From positions 288,001 through 352,000 of the forward strand of contig CAVQUB010000011.1 in assembly GCA_963716725.1 (NCBI GenBank): a stretch of 64,000 nucleotides of DNA, given 5' to 3'. Origin of the DNA: an uncultured delta proteobacterium. Lineage in GTDB: Bacteria; Myxococcota_A; Polyangia; Polyangiales; Polyangiaceae. Each line of letters begins with the position of its first letter. The stretch's first letter is position 1. Below the pieces are notes generated by a model. The model saw only the letters and a list, made by a program, of their open reading frames with translations. It was not told the origin of the DNA and ran no database searches. This document shows, piece after piece, positions 1 to 8,919 of this stretch. The translations under genes were made by a program, and so were the position numbers.

Positions 1-834
1 GAATCGCTTGCCGTTTGCCAGCAAGCAACGGTGAAAGGGCACGAGCCCGGCAGTCGACGCGACGTAGAGATAGTAGAAGTTCTGGTACTCGACGGTGAAC
101 CCGCAGCAGCCGGCCTCGGTGAGGTTGGTCGTGTAGAAGTGCTGGCCCGCTTTGGACGAGCGGTGCACGCCGACGCGACAATTCGCAAAGTCGTCGCAGT
201 TGTTGTCGCAGTTGTCGTCCTTGAGGTTGCAAGTCTCCGCAGGCGCCGTGGGGCAGGTGCACTGCGACTCGTTCTTGCACGTCGAGTAGTTCATGCAGGT
301 CTTCGGTTGCGGCGCGCTGCACGTTCCCCAAACGCCCGCCGCGCAGGTCTGGCTGCCCGAGCCGCACGCAGTGCTGCACGACTGCGAGAGGCCGTCGTCC
401 ACGGACCCGTTGCAGTCGTCGTCCTTGTTGTTGCACGTCTCGGGACCGCACTTGCCGCCGCTGCCGCCGCTGCCGCCGCCGCTGCCGCCGACGCCGCCGC
501 TGCCGCCGCTGCCGCCGCTGCCGCCCATCGCGCCGCTGCCGCCGCTGCCGCCGCTGCCGCCCATCGCGCCGCTGCCGCCGCTGCCGCCGCTGCCGCCCGT
601 CGCGCCGCTGCCACCGACACCGCCCGTCGCGCCGCTGCCGCCCGTCGCGCCGCCGCCGTCCGGCCAATCGCCGCCGTCCGGGTCGATGAACGTGCCGCCG
701 GATCCGCCCTTGGCCCCTCCAGAACCCGACCCTCCCCCATTGCCGTCATCAGACGTCGTGGCGGAGCACGCGACGACCGAGCAGCCGACGAATCCGATCA
801 CCGCGCTCAGCGCGCGGCCTACGTGCGCGACCAT
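1..834 (-). CDS. Secreted Gly/Cys-rich lipoprotein (partial, runs off the left edge) with MopE-like putative metal-binding repeats and a C-terminal HFYTT-type (DUF5648-like) domain
   Basis: Not in the ORF track because its stop lies outside the window. Manual translation from ATG 834: MVAHVGRALSAVIGFVGCSVVAC (lipobox), GGSGGSG linker, ETCNNKDDDCNGSVDDG and ETCNLKDDNCDNNCDD repeats, then QHFYTTNLTEA...LVPFHRC. Open to position 1. Confidence 0.8.
   Translation of the reverse strand, partial: MVAHVGRALSAVIGFVGCSVVACSATTSDDGNGGGSGSGGAKGGSGGTFIDPDGGDWPDGGGATGGSGATGGVGGSGATGGSGGSGGSGAMGGSGGSGGSGAMGGSGGSGGSGGVGGSGGGSGGSGGKCGPETCNNKDDDCNGSVDDGLSQSCSTACGSGSQTCAAGVWGTCSAPQPKTCMNYSTCKNESQCTCPTAPAETCNLKDDNCDNNCDDFANCRVGVHRSSKAGQHFYTTNLTEAGCCGFTVEYQNFYYLYVASTAGLVPFHRCLLANGKRF
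455..660. repeat. Low-complexity coding repeat (9-bp ccgccgctg units; Gly-Gly-Ser linker on the minus strand)
   Basis: Visible tandem gccgccgct units inside the 1..834 CDS. Confidence 0.85.
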
Positions 835-862
835 ATTTCGAAGCGTACCTCAGCGTCACCGG

Positions 863-2500
863 TCACGCGAGGGTGACCAGAACGCTCTTCATGGGCTCCG
901 GGCCGTCCGGACCGTCAGGGCAATCGAGCGGCGTCGGCAGGTCCTTCATCTGGCGGACACGGACGCCGGCTGCTCGGCCTGCTTCGTGCAATGTGCGGCG
1001 CAGGCGCTCCCGACTCGTCTTCCGATGGTTGGTCACTGCCAGGAGGCGACCGCCGGGCGAGAGCAGCGCCAAGGCGTCCGCAGCCACGGCGCCGTAGTCG
1101 CGATCGATGTCGAAGGTCGCGCGCTTGCCGCGCGTGCCGAAGCTCGGGGGGTCCAAGATCACCAGCTCGTAGCGCTCGCCTCGGCGGCGCGCGCGCCGGA
1201 GCCACTGCACGCAGTCCTCCCGGTAGAAGCGATGCTGCGCAGGATCGAGCCCGTTCGCCTCGAAGGCCGCGCGGCCGCGGGCGAGGGCCGGCTCCGCGAG
1301 GTCGACGCTGACCACCTCGCGGGCCCCACTGCACGCCGCCGCGACGCTGAACGAGCAGGTGTAGGCGAACAGGTTCAGCGTGCGCGTGCCGCCGGCGAGG
1401 CGGCTCACCAGATTTCGGTTGTCACGCTGATCGACGAACAGCCCAGTCGAAGGGCCGTCCCCGAGCCTCACCGGGAACCGCAGGCCGCCTTCGGACACCA
1501 GCAGCTCGGGCGCTGCGGGTTCGCCAGCGATGGGCAGAGGGGGCGCGTTCTTGTCGCGGTCGATGCGGCGTTGATCGGCTCGCTCGCGCAGCTTGAAGTA
1601 GACGCCCCGGCTGCCACGCGAGAGCAGAGCCTCGGCGATCTCCTGCGCTCGCTCTGCTGCTTCGTCGCTGGAGACGGCGAGCACCGAGTAGTCTCCGTAG
1701 CGGTCGACGACCACTCCGGGCAGCTCGTCCCCCGCGCCGTTGATCAACCGGAATGCCGAAGCGACCTCGAAGAGCGGGGCCCGGAGGCAATGCGCATCCG
1801 CGACCCTGCGCACGAGCTCGCCCGGAGAAGGCAGGCCCGCGTCGCCACCATCGAGCCAACTCGACAGCGACTCCGGCACCGGACACTCGAAGCGCCGGCC
1901 GAGCGACGGCAGCTCGAGCGCCCGCGCGTGCAACATCAACCGAGGCGCGCGCGGCCCACCGTACAGGCGGTCGCCCGCAATCGGCGCGCGCACCGCGGCG
2001 AGCTGCGCGCGGAGCTGGTGAGTTCGCCCCGTCTCCGGCGAGAGCTCGACCAGCGCACGACCCTGGCGCCGCTCCATGACTCGATAGCGAGCGACGGCGT
2101 GCTGGCCGCCTCGGCTCACCACCCGCGTGATGCCGCCCTTTTCGTGGACCAGGCGATGCTCCAGCACACCCTCCCGAGCCAAGCCCGAGTCCGCGACCGC
2201 AGCCACGTAGGTGCGGCGTGCGCGGTGCCCTTCCATGTCGCCGGCAACTGCCGCGTTCAGCCCCTTGTTTCGCGTGAAGAGCAGGATCCCCGAGGCGTCT
2301 TTGTCGAGGCGCTGATGCACACCTAGATACGCCGGCTGGCCGCGAGCCTGGAGCCAGGCGCCGAGACGGCTAACCAGGTCATCGCCACGAGCCTCGTCGC
2401 CGCCGTGCACGACGATGCCGCGCGCTTTGTCGACGACCAGCAGGTCGTCGTCGAGCACGACCACACGATCGTCGAGCCAGGTGATCGCCGAAAGCGACAT
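863..2500 (-). CDS. Fusion of an RluA-family pseudouridine synthase and an RlmI/RlmK-like class I SAM-dependent rRNA methyltransferase
   Basis: N-terminal VVDKARG, HQRLDKDASG, GRTHQLR, PIAGDRLYG, LMLHA; C-terminal TGLFVDQRDNR, LNLFAYTCSFSV, VSVD, ILDPPSF. Confidence 0.88.
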   Translation of the reverse strand: MSLSAITWLDDRVVVLDDDLLVVDKARGIVVHGGDEARGDDLVSRLGAWLQARGQPAYLGVHQRLDKDASGILLFTRNKGLNAAVAGDMEGHRARRTYVAAVADSGLAREGVLEHRLVHEKGGITRVVSRGGQHAVARYRVMERRQGRALVELSPETGRTHQLRAQLAAVRAPIAGDRLYGGPRAPRLMLHARALELPSLGRRFECPVPESLSSWLDGGDAGLPSPGELVRRVADAHCLRAPLFEVASAFRLINGAGDELPGVVVDRYGDYSVLAVSSDEAAERAQEIAEALLSRGSRGVYFKLRERADQRRIDRDKNAPPLPIAGEPAAPELLVSEGGLRFPVRLGDGPSTGLFVDQRDNRNLVSRLAGGTRTLNLFAYTCSFSVAAACSGAREVVSVDLAEPALARGRAAFEANGLDPAQHRFYREDCVQWLRRARRRGERYELVILDPPSFGTRGKRATFDIDRDYGAVAADALALLSPGGRLLAVTNHRKTSRERLRRTLHEAGRAAGVRVRQMKDLPTPLDCPDGPDGPEPMKSVLVTLA

Positions 2501-2527
2501 GCCGCTCTCGGTGGCACGCGACTCGCG

Positions 2528-3196
2528 TCAGCCCGACTTCTTGTTGCCGCCGTCGCGCTTGACGGCGCCACGCACGAAGACAAGGCAGTTCTTCGCGCCC
2601 GGGATGCCGCCTTCGACGAACAACAAGCTGTCGTCCGCAGCGACCTTCACCACGCGCTGGTTGTGCACGGTGACCTTCGCGTTGCCGTGCTGGCCCGGCA
2701 TGCCCACGCCTTTGAGCACGCGACCCGGAGTCATGTTCGTGCCGATGGATCCGCCGTGTCGCTTGTACTCGTGGGTACCGTGGGTCTGCACCTGGCCGGC
2801 GAAGTTGTGGCGACGCATCACGCCCGTGAAGCCACGACCGCGGCTCATGCCCTGCACGTCGACGAACTGGCCTTCCTGAAAGACGCTGTCGAGCTTGACC
2901 TCGGCACCGAGCTCGAGCCCCGCGGCGAACTCGGCCTCGCAGCGCAGCTCGCGAAGCCAGCGCTTCGGGCTCACGCTCGCCTTTTTGTACATGCCGGCTT
3001 GGGCCTTCGCGGTGTGCTTGTCTTTGCGCTCGGCCAAACCGAGCACCACCGCGTCGTAGCCGTCCTTCTCCTTCGTTCGCTTGCCAACGACGACGGGACG
3101 GGCCTCCACCACGGTGCACGGAATGACGGTGCCGTCGCTGGTGAAGACCTGGGTCATGCCGAGCTTGCGCCCGATGACACCCGGATGCGTGTTCAT
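2528..3196 (-). CDS. rplC: 50S ribosomal protein L3
   Basis: GRKLGMTQVF, KDGYDAV, VDVQGMSRGRGFTGVMRRHNF, GGSIG..TPGRVLKG..MPGQHG, GGIPG. Start taken at ATG 3196 (MNTHPG). Confidence 0.96.
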   Translation of the reverse strand: MNTHPGVIGRKLGMTQVFTSDGTVIPCTVVEARPVVVGKRTKEKDGYDAVVLGLAERKDKHTAKAQAGMYKKASVSPKRWLRELRCEAEFAAGLELGAEVKLDSVFQEGQFVDVQGMSRGRGFTGVMRRHNFAGQVQTHGTHEYKRHGGSIGTNMTPGRVLKGVGMPGQHGNAKVTVHNQRVVKVAADDSLLFVEGGIPGAKNCLVFVRGAVKRDGGNKKSG

Positions 3197-3366
3197 TGTC
3201 GGTCTCTCTTTCGTCGTCGCAGGGCGGGCCTGGGCCCGCAGAAAATAGGCTCGCCGAAGTAGTGTATTTCCGAGCCTCGCGCAAGCCGGGCGATGAAGTC
3301 CCTCAAGCATTGACGGAGACCCAGGCGCGTGCATAATCCCCGCCCCCAAGCCGGTCGGAGCCTGCC

Positions 3367-3726
3367 ATGTCGATGATTCATCCCAAGATCGAAGCCCACG
3401 AGAACAGCGCTCTCCGCTCGGATCTGCCGAATTTCCGCGTCGGTGACACCCTCGCCGTGCACTACAAGATCGTCGAGGGCGACAAGCTGCGCACGCAGGT
3501 CTTCAAGGGCACGGTGATCAAGCGCCACCGGGCCGGCGCCCGCAGCACTTTCACCGTGCGGAAGGTCAGCTTCAGCGTCGGGGTCGAGCGCGTCTTCGTG
3601 CTGAATTCACCTCGAATCGAGCGGATTGAGCTGGTCTCCCAAGGCGTCGTGCGCCGCGCGCGCCTGGGCTACCTGCGGAACCTCCAGGGCAAAGCCGCGC
3701 GCATCCGAGACGTCAAGGACGTCTGA
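3367..3726 (+). CDS. rplS: 50S ribosomal protein L19
   Basis: [53 protein letters not shown] upstream of the ATG. Confidence 0.96.
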   Translation: MSMIHPKIEAHENSALRSDLPNFRVGDTLAVHYKIVEGDKLRTQVFKGTVIKRHRAGARSTFTVRKVSFSVGVERVFVLNSPRIERIELVSQGVVRRARLGYLRNLQGKAARIRDVKDV

Positions 3727-3843
3727 CCCCTCCTGGGGTCGGAAACTATCCTGCTACTCCGCTGCGAGCGGACCGAGTATGCTCGGTGCCGCCCACGAAC
3801 GGCCGGGTTCCTACGGCATTCCCGGGTTTTGGAGGACGCCTCG

Positions 3844-5208
3844 ATGATCTCGTGCCCGCGCTGCGGCATTTCCAATCAGCCCACGAGCAAGTTCTGCGCT
3901 TCCTGTGGCGCACCGCTGCCGGCCTCTGGAGTCGGCGCTCAGGCGGCCACCTTCCCCGGGCCAGGCGGAGCACGCCCGCCCGCTTCGCCGCCAGGATGGG
4001 GCTCGCCGCCAGGCGCACCGTCGCCAGCCGCGCCGCCACCAGCCTACGGAGCGCCCGGCGCACCGCCGGCCGGTCCAGGTGCGCCGCCGCCCGGTTGGGG
4101 CGCGCCACCACCGCAATACCCCGCACCCGGAGCTCCGCCGCCAGGCGCACCCGGCGCGTCGCCCTATGGACCACCGCCTGGTTCGCCGGGCTACGGACCA
4201 CCACCGGGATCACCCGGCTACGGACCACCGCAGGGCTCACCGGGCTACGGACCACCACCGGGATCACCAGGCTACGGACCAGCGCAAGGCTACGGACCGC
4301 CGCAGGGCGCGCCGGGTCAAGGGCCTCCACCGGGCCTTGGCGCACCCCCACCTCCGGGATGGGGCGCCCCGCCCGGCGCTCCCCCGCCGGCAGGGCCCTT
4401 CGGCGCGTTCTCACCCGCCGACGAGCGCCACCGAGTCGGCTCACCGGAGGGGCTGAACCCATTCGGCGCCACCATGGCGCCGGAGTTGGGCGGTGTTCCG
4501 CCGCCGGCGCAGCCGCCGCCTCCTCAGCCGCCGCTTGAAGCCGCGAAGCCGGCGCCGGGTTGGAACGATCCCGCCGCGTTTGCCGCCACGGCGCCACCGC
4601 CCACGGCCGACGAGCACGAAACCGCGAAGCGCGCCGCGCCCCCCGCGGCCCATCCAACTTCTGCGGCTCCGCCCGCACCGGCGGCTCCGCCCGCACCGGC
4701 GGTTCCGTCCGCATCGGCGGCTCCGTCCGCATCGGCGGCTCCGTCCGCATCGGCGGCTCCGCCCCCCGCGCCTTCGGCGCACCCGCCGGCAGAGCCTGAG
4801 CGCCCGAGTGCCCCTCCGCCAACGGGCGTCTCGCGGACGGCTGCGCAGGTCGCCGTCGACCCAATGGAGCTCGCCCCCGATGCACCACGCACGCTCGCGG
4901 GCTTCCTGGTCAGCTTCGAAGGCAACGACCGCGGTACGTTCTGGCCGCTATATCAAGGCAAGAACGTGGTCGGGCGCAAGGCCGCAATGGATGGCCTCGA
5001 CATCGAAATCGATCACCCGACGACGTCGTCGCGGCACGCCGTCATCCACGCCGCGGCCCGCCCCGGCGCCCTCAAGTTGGACGACCCGGGCAGCACCAAT
5101 GGGACCTACTTGAACGAAGAACGCGTGGCCAAGGGCACGCCGGTCGAGCTCCGTGACGGCGACGCGCTGCGTTTCGGCGGCTACGCAACGACGGTGAAGA
5201 TCGTTTGA
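3844..5208 (+). CDS. Zinc-ribbon / Pro-rich / C-terminal FHA domain protein
   Basis: CPRCG...FCASCG zinc ribbon; long Pro/Gly linker; FHA motifs VVGR, SSRHA, STNGTYLN; GGAGG 8 nt before ATG 3844. Confidence 0.9.
   Translation: MISCPRCGISNQPTSKFCASCGAPLPASGVGAQAATFPGPGGARPPASPPGWGSPPGAPSPAAPPPAYGAPGAPPAGPGAPPPGWGAPPPQYPAPGAPPPGAPGASPYGPPPGSPGYGPPPGSPGYGPPQGSPGYGPPPGSPGYGPAQGYGPPQGAPGQGPPPGLGAPPPPGWGAPPGAPPPAGPFGAFSPADERHRVGSPEGLNPFGATMAPELGGVPPPAQPPPPQPPLEAAKPAPGWNDPAAFAATAPPPTADEHETAKRAAPPAAHPTSAAPPAPAAPPAPAVPSASAAPSASAAPSASAAPPPAPSAHPPAEPERPSAPPPTGVSRTAAQVAVDPMELAPDAPRTLAGFLVSFEGNDRGTFWPLYQGKNVVGRKAAMDGLDIEIDHPTTSSRHAVIHAAARPGALKLDDPGSTNGTYLNEERVAKGTPVELRDGDALRFGGYATTVKIV
4165..4300 (+). 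repeat. 27-bp coding tandem repeat (YGPPPGSPG, about 4-5 units)
   Basis: Repeated ggctacggaccaccaccgggatcacc-like units. Confidence 0.8.
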
Positions 5209-5246
5209 GCGCGCTCTGGGCGCCTGCGCAATCGAGATCGAGGGAC

Positions 5247-7601
5247 ATGAAAGTTTCGAAACTGAAACTCGCGCAACACTCGCCGAGCCGTCGCGCTCTG
5301 GCGTGGGTCGTTACCGCTCTGGTTGGGGTGCTCGCGCTCGCGAGTTCGACAGCCCACGCGGCACCCGAGGCCCACATCCTCCGGATCGATCCCCGCACCG
5401 GGCAAGAGAACGGCGCGCCGGTCCTGACCACCGTCATCGAGCTGGTGCAGACCAAGCGCATCAGCGACGCAACGGTCAACTGCACTGACGACCGCGGCAG
5501 CAGCTACTACCGCTGTTTGAGCGACTCACTCGAGAAGCCGCTGGCGCTGTACCAGCCCTTCGGCGCAGCAGGCGCGAACTTCCCCCACGAGAACGCCCTG
5601 TTCACGGTCAAAGTGGAAGGCAGCGACCAACCCGCGAAGTACGTCAGCCACACCAAGTGGGGCGCCAGCCTCGCCCAGCCCGGCGTGGGCACCGCCTGGC
5701 TCATCATGGTGGACGCCGACGCGCGGATCAAAGACGGCTTCGGCGACGCCAAGCAGGTCGCCAGTGCCTTCATCGGCAGCATGAGCGGGAGCGACATCGT
5801 CAACGTGATGTTCTTCAACGACCGCCAGGTCGTGCGAGACAGCAAGTGGATGAGCGCTGCCAAGAAGGGGCAAGCGCAGCAGTTCGTGAACTCGGTTACG
5901 GGCACCTGGGCCTCGCAGGGCCGCAACCGTTCGCTCGGGACCATCATCAAAGAGGCAGCCACCGACGGCTTCAAGTCCCTCGGCAACGTCGGCGAAGGCG
6001 TGAACGTCCCGCTGCATCAAGCCATGGTCGTCATCTCGACCGGCTACGGCGGCGCCGACGCGCTCACCACCGGCCCCGGCGGCATGCAGATCGCCAAGTA
6101 CATGACTGGGGGGCGCTTCCCTGAAGAGAACACCGCGCTGCCGAAGGCGCCGGTGCCCGTCATCAGCATCTTCTTCCCGCCCAAGGTGTACGACGAGTAT
6201 CGCCAGAACTCCCTCGAGTTCATGCGCGGCATGGCCAATACCGAGATCGGTGGGTTCTTCACCGTCGTTCAGAGCGGTGAAGGCGCACGCGGGAACGCGA
6301 TCGTGAGCACGGTGCGCCAGCGCTTCTCGAACATGCACATCGTCAAGTGGCGGGTATCGTGCATCGAGGCCGGCGTGACCCAGACCTTCGGTCTGGTCTT
6401 CAAAGAAGTGAACCCGCCCATCCTCGGCGACAACACCTTCAAGGACGTGCCGGTGGGCATCGACCCCACCACCTGGCCCATCGACGTGGACACTCAGTAC
6501 ACGCAGGACATGGCCAAGCGGCAGGGCGGCGTCTATCCGAACGGCACCTTCAAGGTCTACGGGAACTTCTGCTGGGGCGGCGAAAAAGGGCGGGCGGAGG
6601 TCTATTTTCTCCCCGCCGGCCAGCAGGCCCCCGCGGCGCTCTCCGGCGCAGACGTCGACAAGGCCAAGCGCACGCAGCAACAGCTGATCGCGATGGGAAT
6701 GAAGGGACGCGCCGTCGAGGTCAGCGACACCTACGCGGAGTTCGAGGCGCCAGAGAAAGAGAAGATCCTGCACGGCTCCGGCGAGCAGGCCGTCGTGAGG
6801 TTGGTCCTCTACGACAACAAGGCGCGCCGCACCAGCGGCGTGACTGCAGACAGCATCGTGCAGCTGAAGGGCACCACGCAGCCGTTTCCGATCCTCTGGG
6901 TGCTCGGCGGACTGTTCGGCGTGGTCATCCTGCTGCTGCTGATCGTGGTCATCGTGCGAGGTGGCGGGAAGAAAGGCGGAGCGGCGCCGCCGCCCGCGCC
7001 CATGCCGCCCTACGGTGGCGGCTATGGCGGAGCACCGAGCCCCTACGGAGCCGCGCCCGCGCCGAGCCCCTACGGAGCCGCGCCGAGCCCCTACGGAGCC
7101 GCGCCCGCGCCGAGCCCCTACGGAGCCGCGCCCGCGCCGAGCCCCTACGGAGCCGCGCCCGCACCCAACCCCTACGCGGCGCCACCTGCGCCGGCGCCCG
7201 CAGCGCCGAGCCCCGAGTTCATGTACGGCAACCAACCGGCACCGGCGGCAGCGCCCTTGCCCGCGGCGGCAGCGCCGCCCAACCCCTACGGTGGATCTCC
7301 CGCGGCGGTCTCTCGCGCCACCCTGCAAGGGGCCGCGGGCGTGTTCACAGTGGTGCCCGGCGTCGAGATGCGCGCGGGGCGCGACGGAGCCCAGTGCGGC
7401 ATCTTGCTGACCGAACCGCGGGTCTCCGGCGTGCACGCGACCGTGCGACTCGACGGCGCACAGCTGCTGATTCGCGATGAGACCAGCAACAACGGGACCC
7501 ACGTCAATGGCACGCGACTGACCGGAGGCGTGTGGTCGCCAGCGCCAAATGGCTCACTGGTCCGCTTCGGCCCAGTCGAGTTCACGGTTCGTCTGGAGTA
7601 A
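5247..7601 (+). CDS. Membrane protein: signal peptide, extracytoplasmic vWA-like domain, TM helix, Pro-rich linker, cytoplasmic FHA domain
   Basis: Signal peptide ending AHA; WLIMVDADAR / VMFFND / MVVISTG vWA-like strands (degenerate MIDAS); TM ILWVLGGLFGVVILLLLIVVIV; FHA AGRD, VSGVHA, SNNGTHVN. Confidence 0.82.
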   Translation: MKVSKLKLAQHSPSRRALAWVVTALVGVLALASSTAHAAPEAHILRIDPRTGQENGAPVLTTVIELVQTKRISDATVNCTDDRGSSYYRCLSDSLEKPLALYQPFGAAGANFPHENALFTVKVEGSDQPAKYVSHTKWGASLAQPGVGTAWLIMVDADARIKDGFGDAKQVASAFIGSMSGSDIVNVMFFNDRQVVRDSKWMSAAKKGQAQQFVNSVTGTWASQGRNRSLGTIIKEAATDGFKSLGNVGEGVNVPLHQAMVVISTGYGGADALTTGPGGMQIAKYMTGGRFPEENTALPKAPVPVISIFFPPKVYDEYRQNSLEFMRGMANTEIGGFFTVVQSGEGARGNAIVSTVRQRFSNMHIVKWRVSCIEAGVTQTFGLVFKEVNPPILGDNTFKDVPVGIDPTTWPIDVDTQYTQDMAKRQGGVYPNGTFKVYGNFCWGGEKGRAEVYFLPAGQQAPAALSGADVDKAKRTQQQLIAMGMKGRAVEVSDTYAEFEAPEKEKILHGSGEQAVVRLVLYDNKARRTSGVTADSIVQLKGTTQPFPILWVLGGLFGVVILLLLIVVIVRGGGKKGGAAPPPAPMPPYGGGYGGAPSPYGAAPAPSPYGAAPSPYGAAPAPSPYGAAPAPSPYGAAPAPNPYAAPPAPAPAAPSPEFMYGNQPAPAAAPLPAAAAPPNPYGGSPAAVSRATLQGAAGVFTVVPGVEMRAGRDGAQCGILLTEPRVSGVHATVRLDGAQLLIRDETSNNGTHVNGTRLTGGVWSPAPNGSLVRFGPVEFTVRLE
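7035..7175 (+). repeat. 27-bp coding tandem repeat (PSPYGAAPA, about 5 units, one shortened)
   Basis: ccgagcccctacggagccgcgcccgcg units with no spacers. Confidence 0.85.
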
Positions 7602-7605
7602 CGAG

Positions 7606-8865
7606 GTGCTCGGCTCCGCACACGGCTTGGTCGTCGACTTCGCCGAGCTGAGCGACCCCGGTCGCGATCCGTCGAAGCAGGTCAACGAAGACGCTTCGGG
7701 GTACGCGGAAACCCCCATCGGCCACCTGGCGGTCGTCTGCGACGGCATGGGCGGTCACGAGTCCGGACGCGAGGCGAGCCAGACAGCGGTGCGCTGCATC
7801 ATCGACGCGGCGCGCGCCCAAGCGGCCGACGTCTTACCGGGCCTGGTGCTGAAACAGGCCCTCGAGCGGGCCGGGCGCGCGGTCTACGCCCTCGGGGAAA
7901 GCGCCGCGACGGCCCATCGCCCGGGCTCCACCTGTGTCGCGCTCCTGCTGCACCCCGGCGGCGCTGAAGTGGCCCATGCGGGCGACTCGCGTGCCTACCT
8001 GCTGCGCGCTGGCCAAATCGAGCGCCTGACGCGCGACCACTCGATGGTGCAGGAGCTGGTGGACTCCGGCAGGCTCGCGCCCGAGCACGCGCACGCGCAT
8101 CCCGACGCCAACCAGATCACCCGTGCCTTGGGCATCGATCCAGAGGTGGCCGTCGAGGTGCGACCGGAACCATTGGCGCTGACCCCCGGTGACGTACTCG
8201 TGCTCGCGACGGACGGACTCACGGATCTGGTCGCGGATGCGGAGATCGCCGACATCGTGAGGCGGCGCCTTCAAAACGGAACCGCGGTGGTCTGCCAAGA
8301 CCTCGTCGCACTGGCCAACTCGCGCGGCGGACACGACAACATTACCGCGCTGGTGCTCTCGGTGCTCGAGCTGCCCCAGGTGACCTCTGCGCGGAGCACG
8401 GTGATCGACCGACCGAGTGGGACGCTACTGACCCAACCCCAAGGCACGGTGCTCGACTCCGACGGCGCGCCGGCACCGACCTTGTTCGACGACGGCAGTC
8501 CGCGACCCACCTTGCCCGGCCTCACGCAACTCGACGACGGCGCGCGTCGGACCGAGCCGGGACTATCGACCCAGACGCCCAGCTTTCCGCACGGCGATCG
8601 TGATGACTCTGCGCACCCCCTGGCGCGCCCGGTGAGCTCGTCGCGACTCTTGTTTTGGCTCGCGATCGTGCTCGTGGGCAGCGCGCTCGCGGCGGTCGCA
8701 GCCTGGGCGCTCCGCCAGTCGAGGCATCGAGGCCGCGACCTACAAGAAGAGATGGTGCCCCCTCCTGCCGTCAAAGCCCCGGTCGAGCGCGAAGCGGCGG
8801 CGCCCCCCGAGGACGCAGAAAACCCCGCGAACACCGAGCCCAACGACGTCGACGCGGGCTCGTGA
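7606..8865 (+). CDS. PP2C-family Ser/Thr protein phosphatase with a C-terminal TM helix
   Basis: SDPGR..NEDA, VCDGMGGH, AHAGDSRAY, LTRDHS, ITRALG, LATDGL, GGHDNIT; Thr-rich linker; TM near the C-terminus. GTG 7606 start inferred. Confidence 0.92.
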   Translation: MLGSAHGLVVDFAELSDPGRDPSKQVNEDASGYAETPIGHLAVVCDGMGGHESGREASQTAVRCIIDAARAQAADVLPGLVLKQALERAGRAVYALGESAATAHRPGSTCVALLLHPGGAEVAHAGDSRAYLLRAGQIERLTRDHSMVQELVDSGRLAPEHAHAHPDANQITRALGIDPEVAVEVRPEPLALTPGDVLVLATDGLTDLVADAEIADIVRRRLQNGTAVVCQDLVALANSRGGHDNITALVLSVLELPQVTSARSTVIDRPSGTLLTQPQGTVLDSDGAPAPTLFDDGSPRPTLPGLTQLDDGARRTEPGLSTQTPSFPHGDRDDSAHPLARPVSSSRLLFWLAIVLVGSALAAVAAWALRQSRHRGRDLQEEMVPPPAVKAPVEREAAAPPEDAENPANTEPNDVDAGS

Positions 8866-8919
8866 TTGAGAAGCCAGGTCGGCTTTGTTAGAGCTTCTTC
8901 TCGATTCAAGGCAGGCGCA

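Noticed and set aside
293..2326. 677-aa plus-strand Pro-rich ORF
   Set aside because: Antisense shadow of the lipoprotein and RluA-methyltransferase genes; the Pro runs mirror Gly codons and there are no family motifs.
2512..2527. TGGCACGCGACTCGCG, a sigma54-like motif on the plus strand
   Set aside because: It points antisense into the rplC 3' end with no downstream sense gene and has a weak -12 element; likely chance.
3725..3740. gacccc-tcct-ggggtc hairpin after rplS as an intrinsic terminator
   Set aside because: Short stem and no U-tract; not enough support to call it.
7035..7175. 27-bp repeats as a possible CRISPR array (also 4165-4300)
   Set aside because: Head-to-tail units with no unique spacers, in frame within proteins, and no cas genes nearby.
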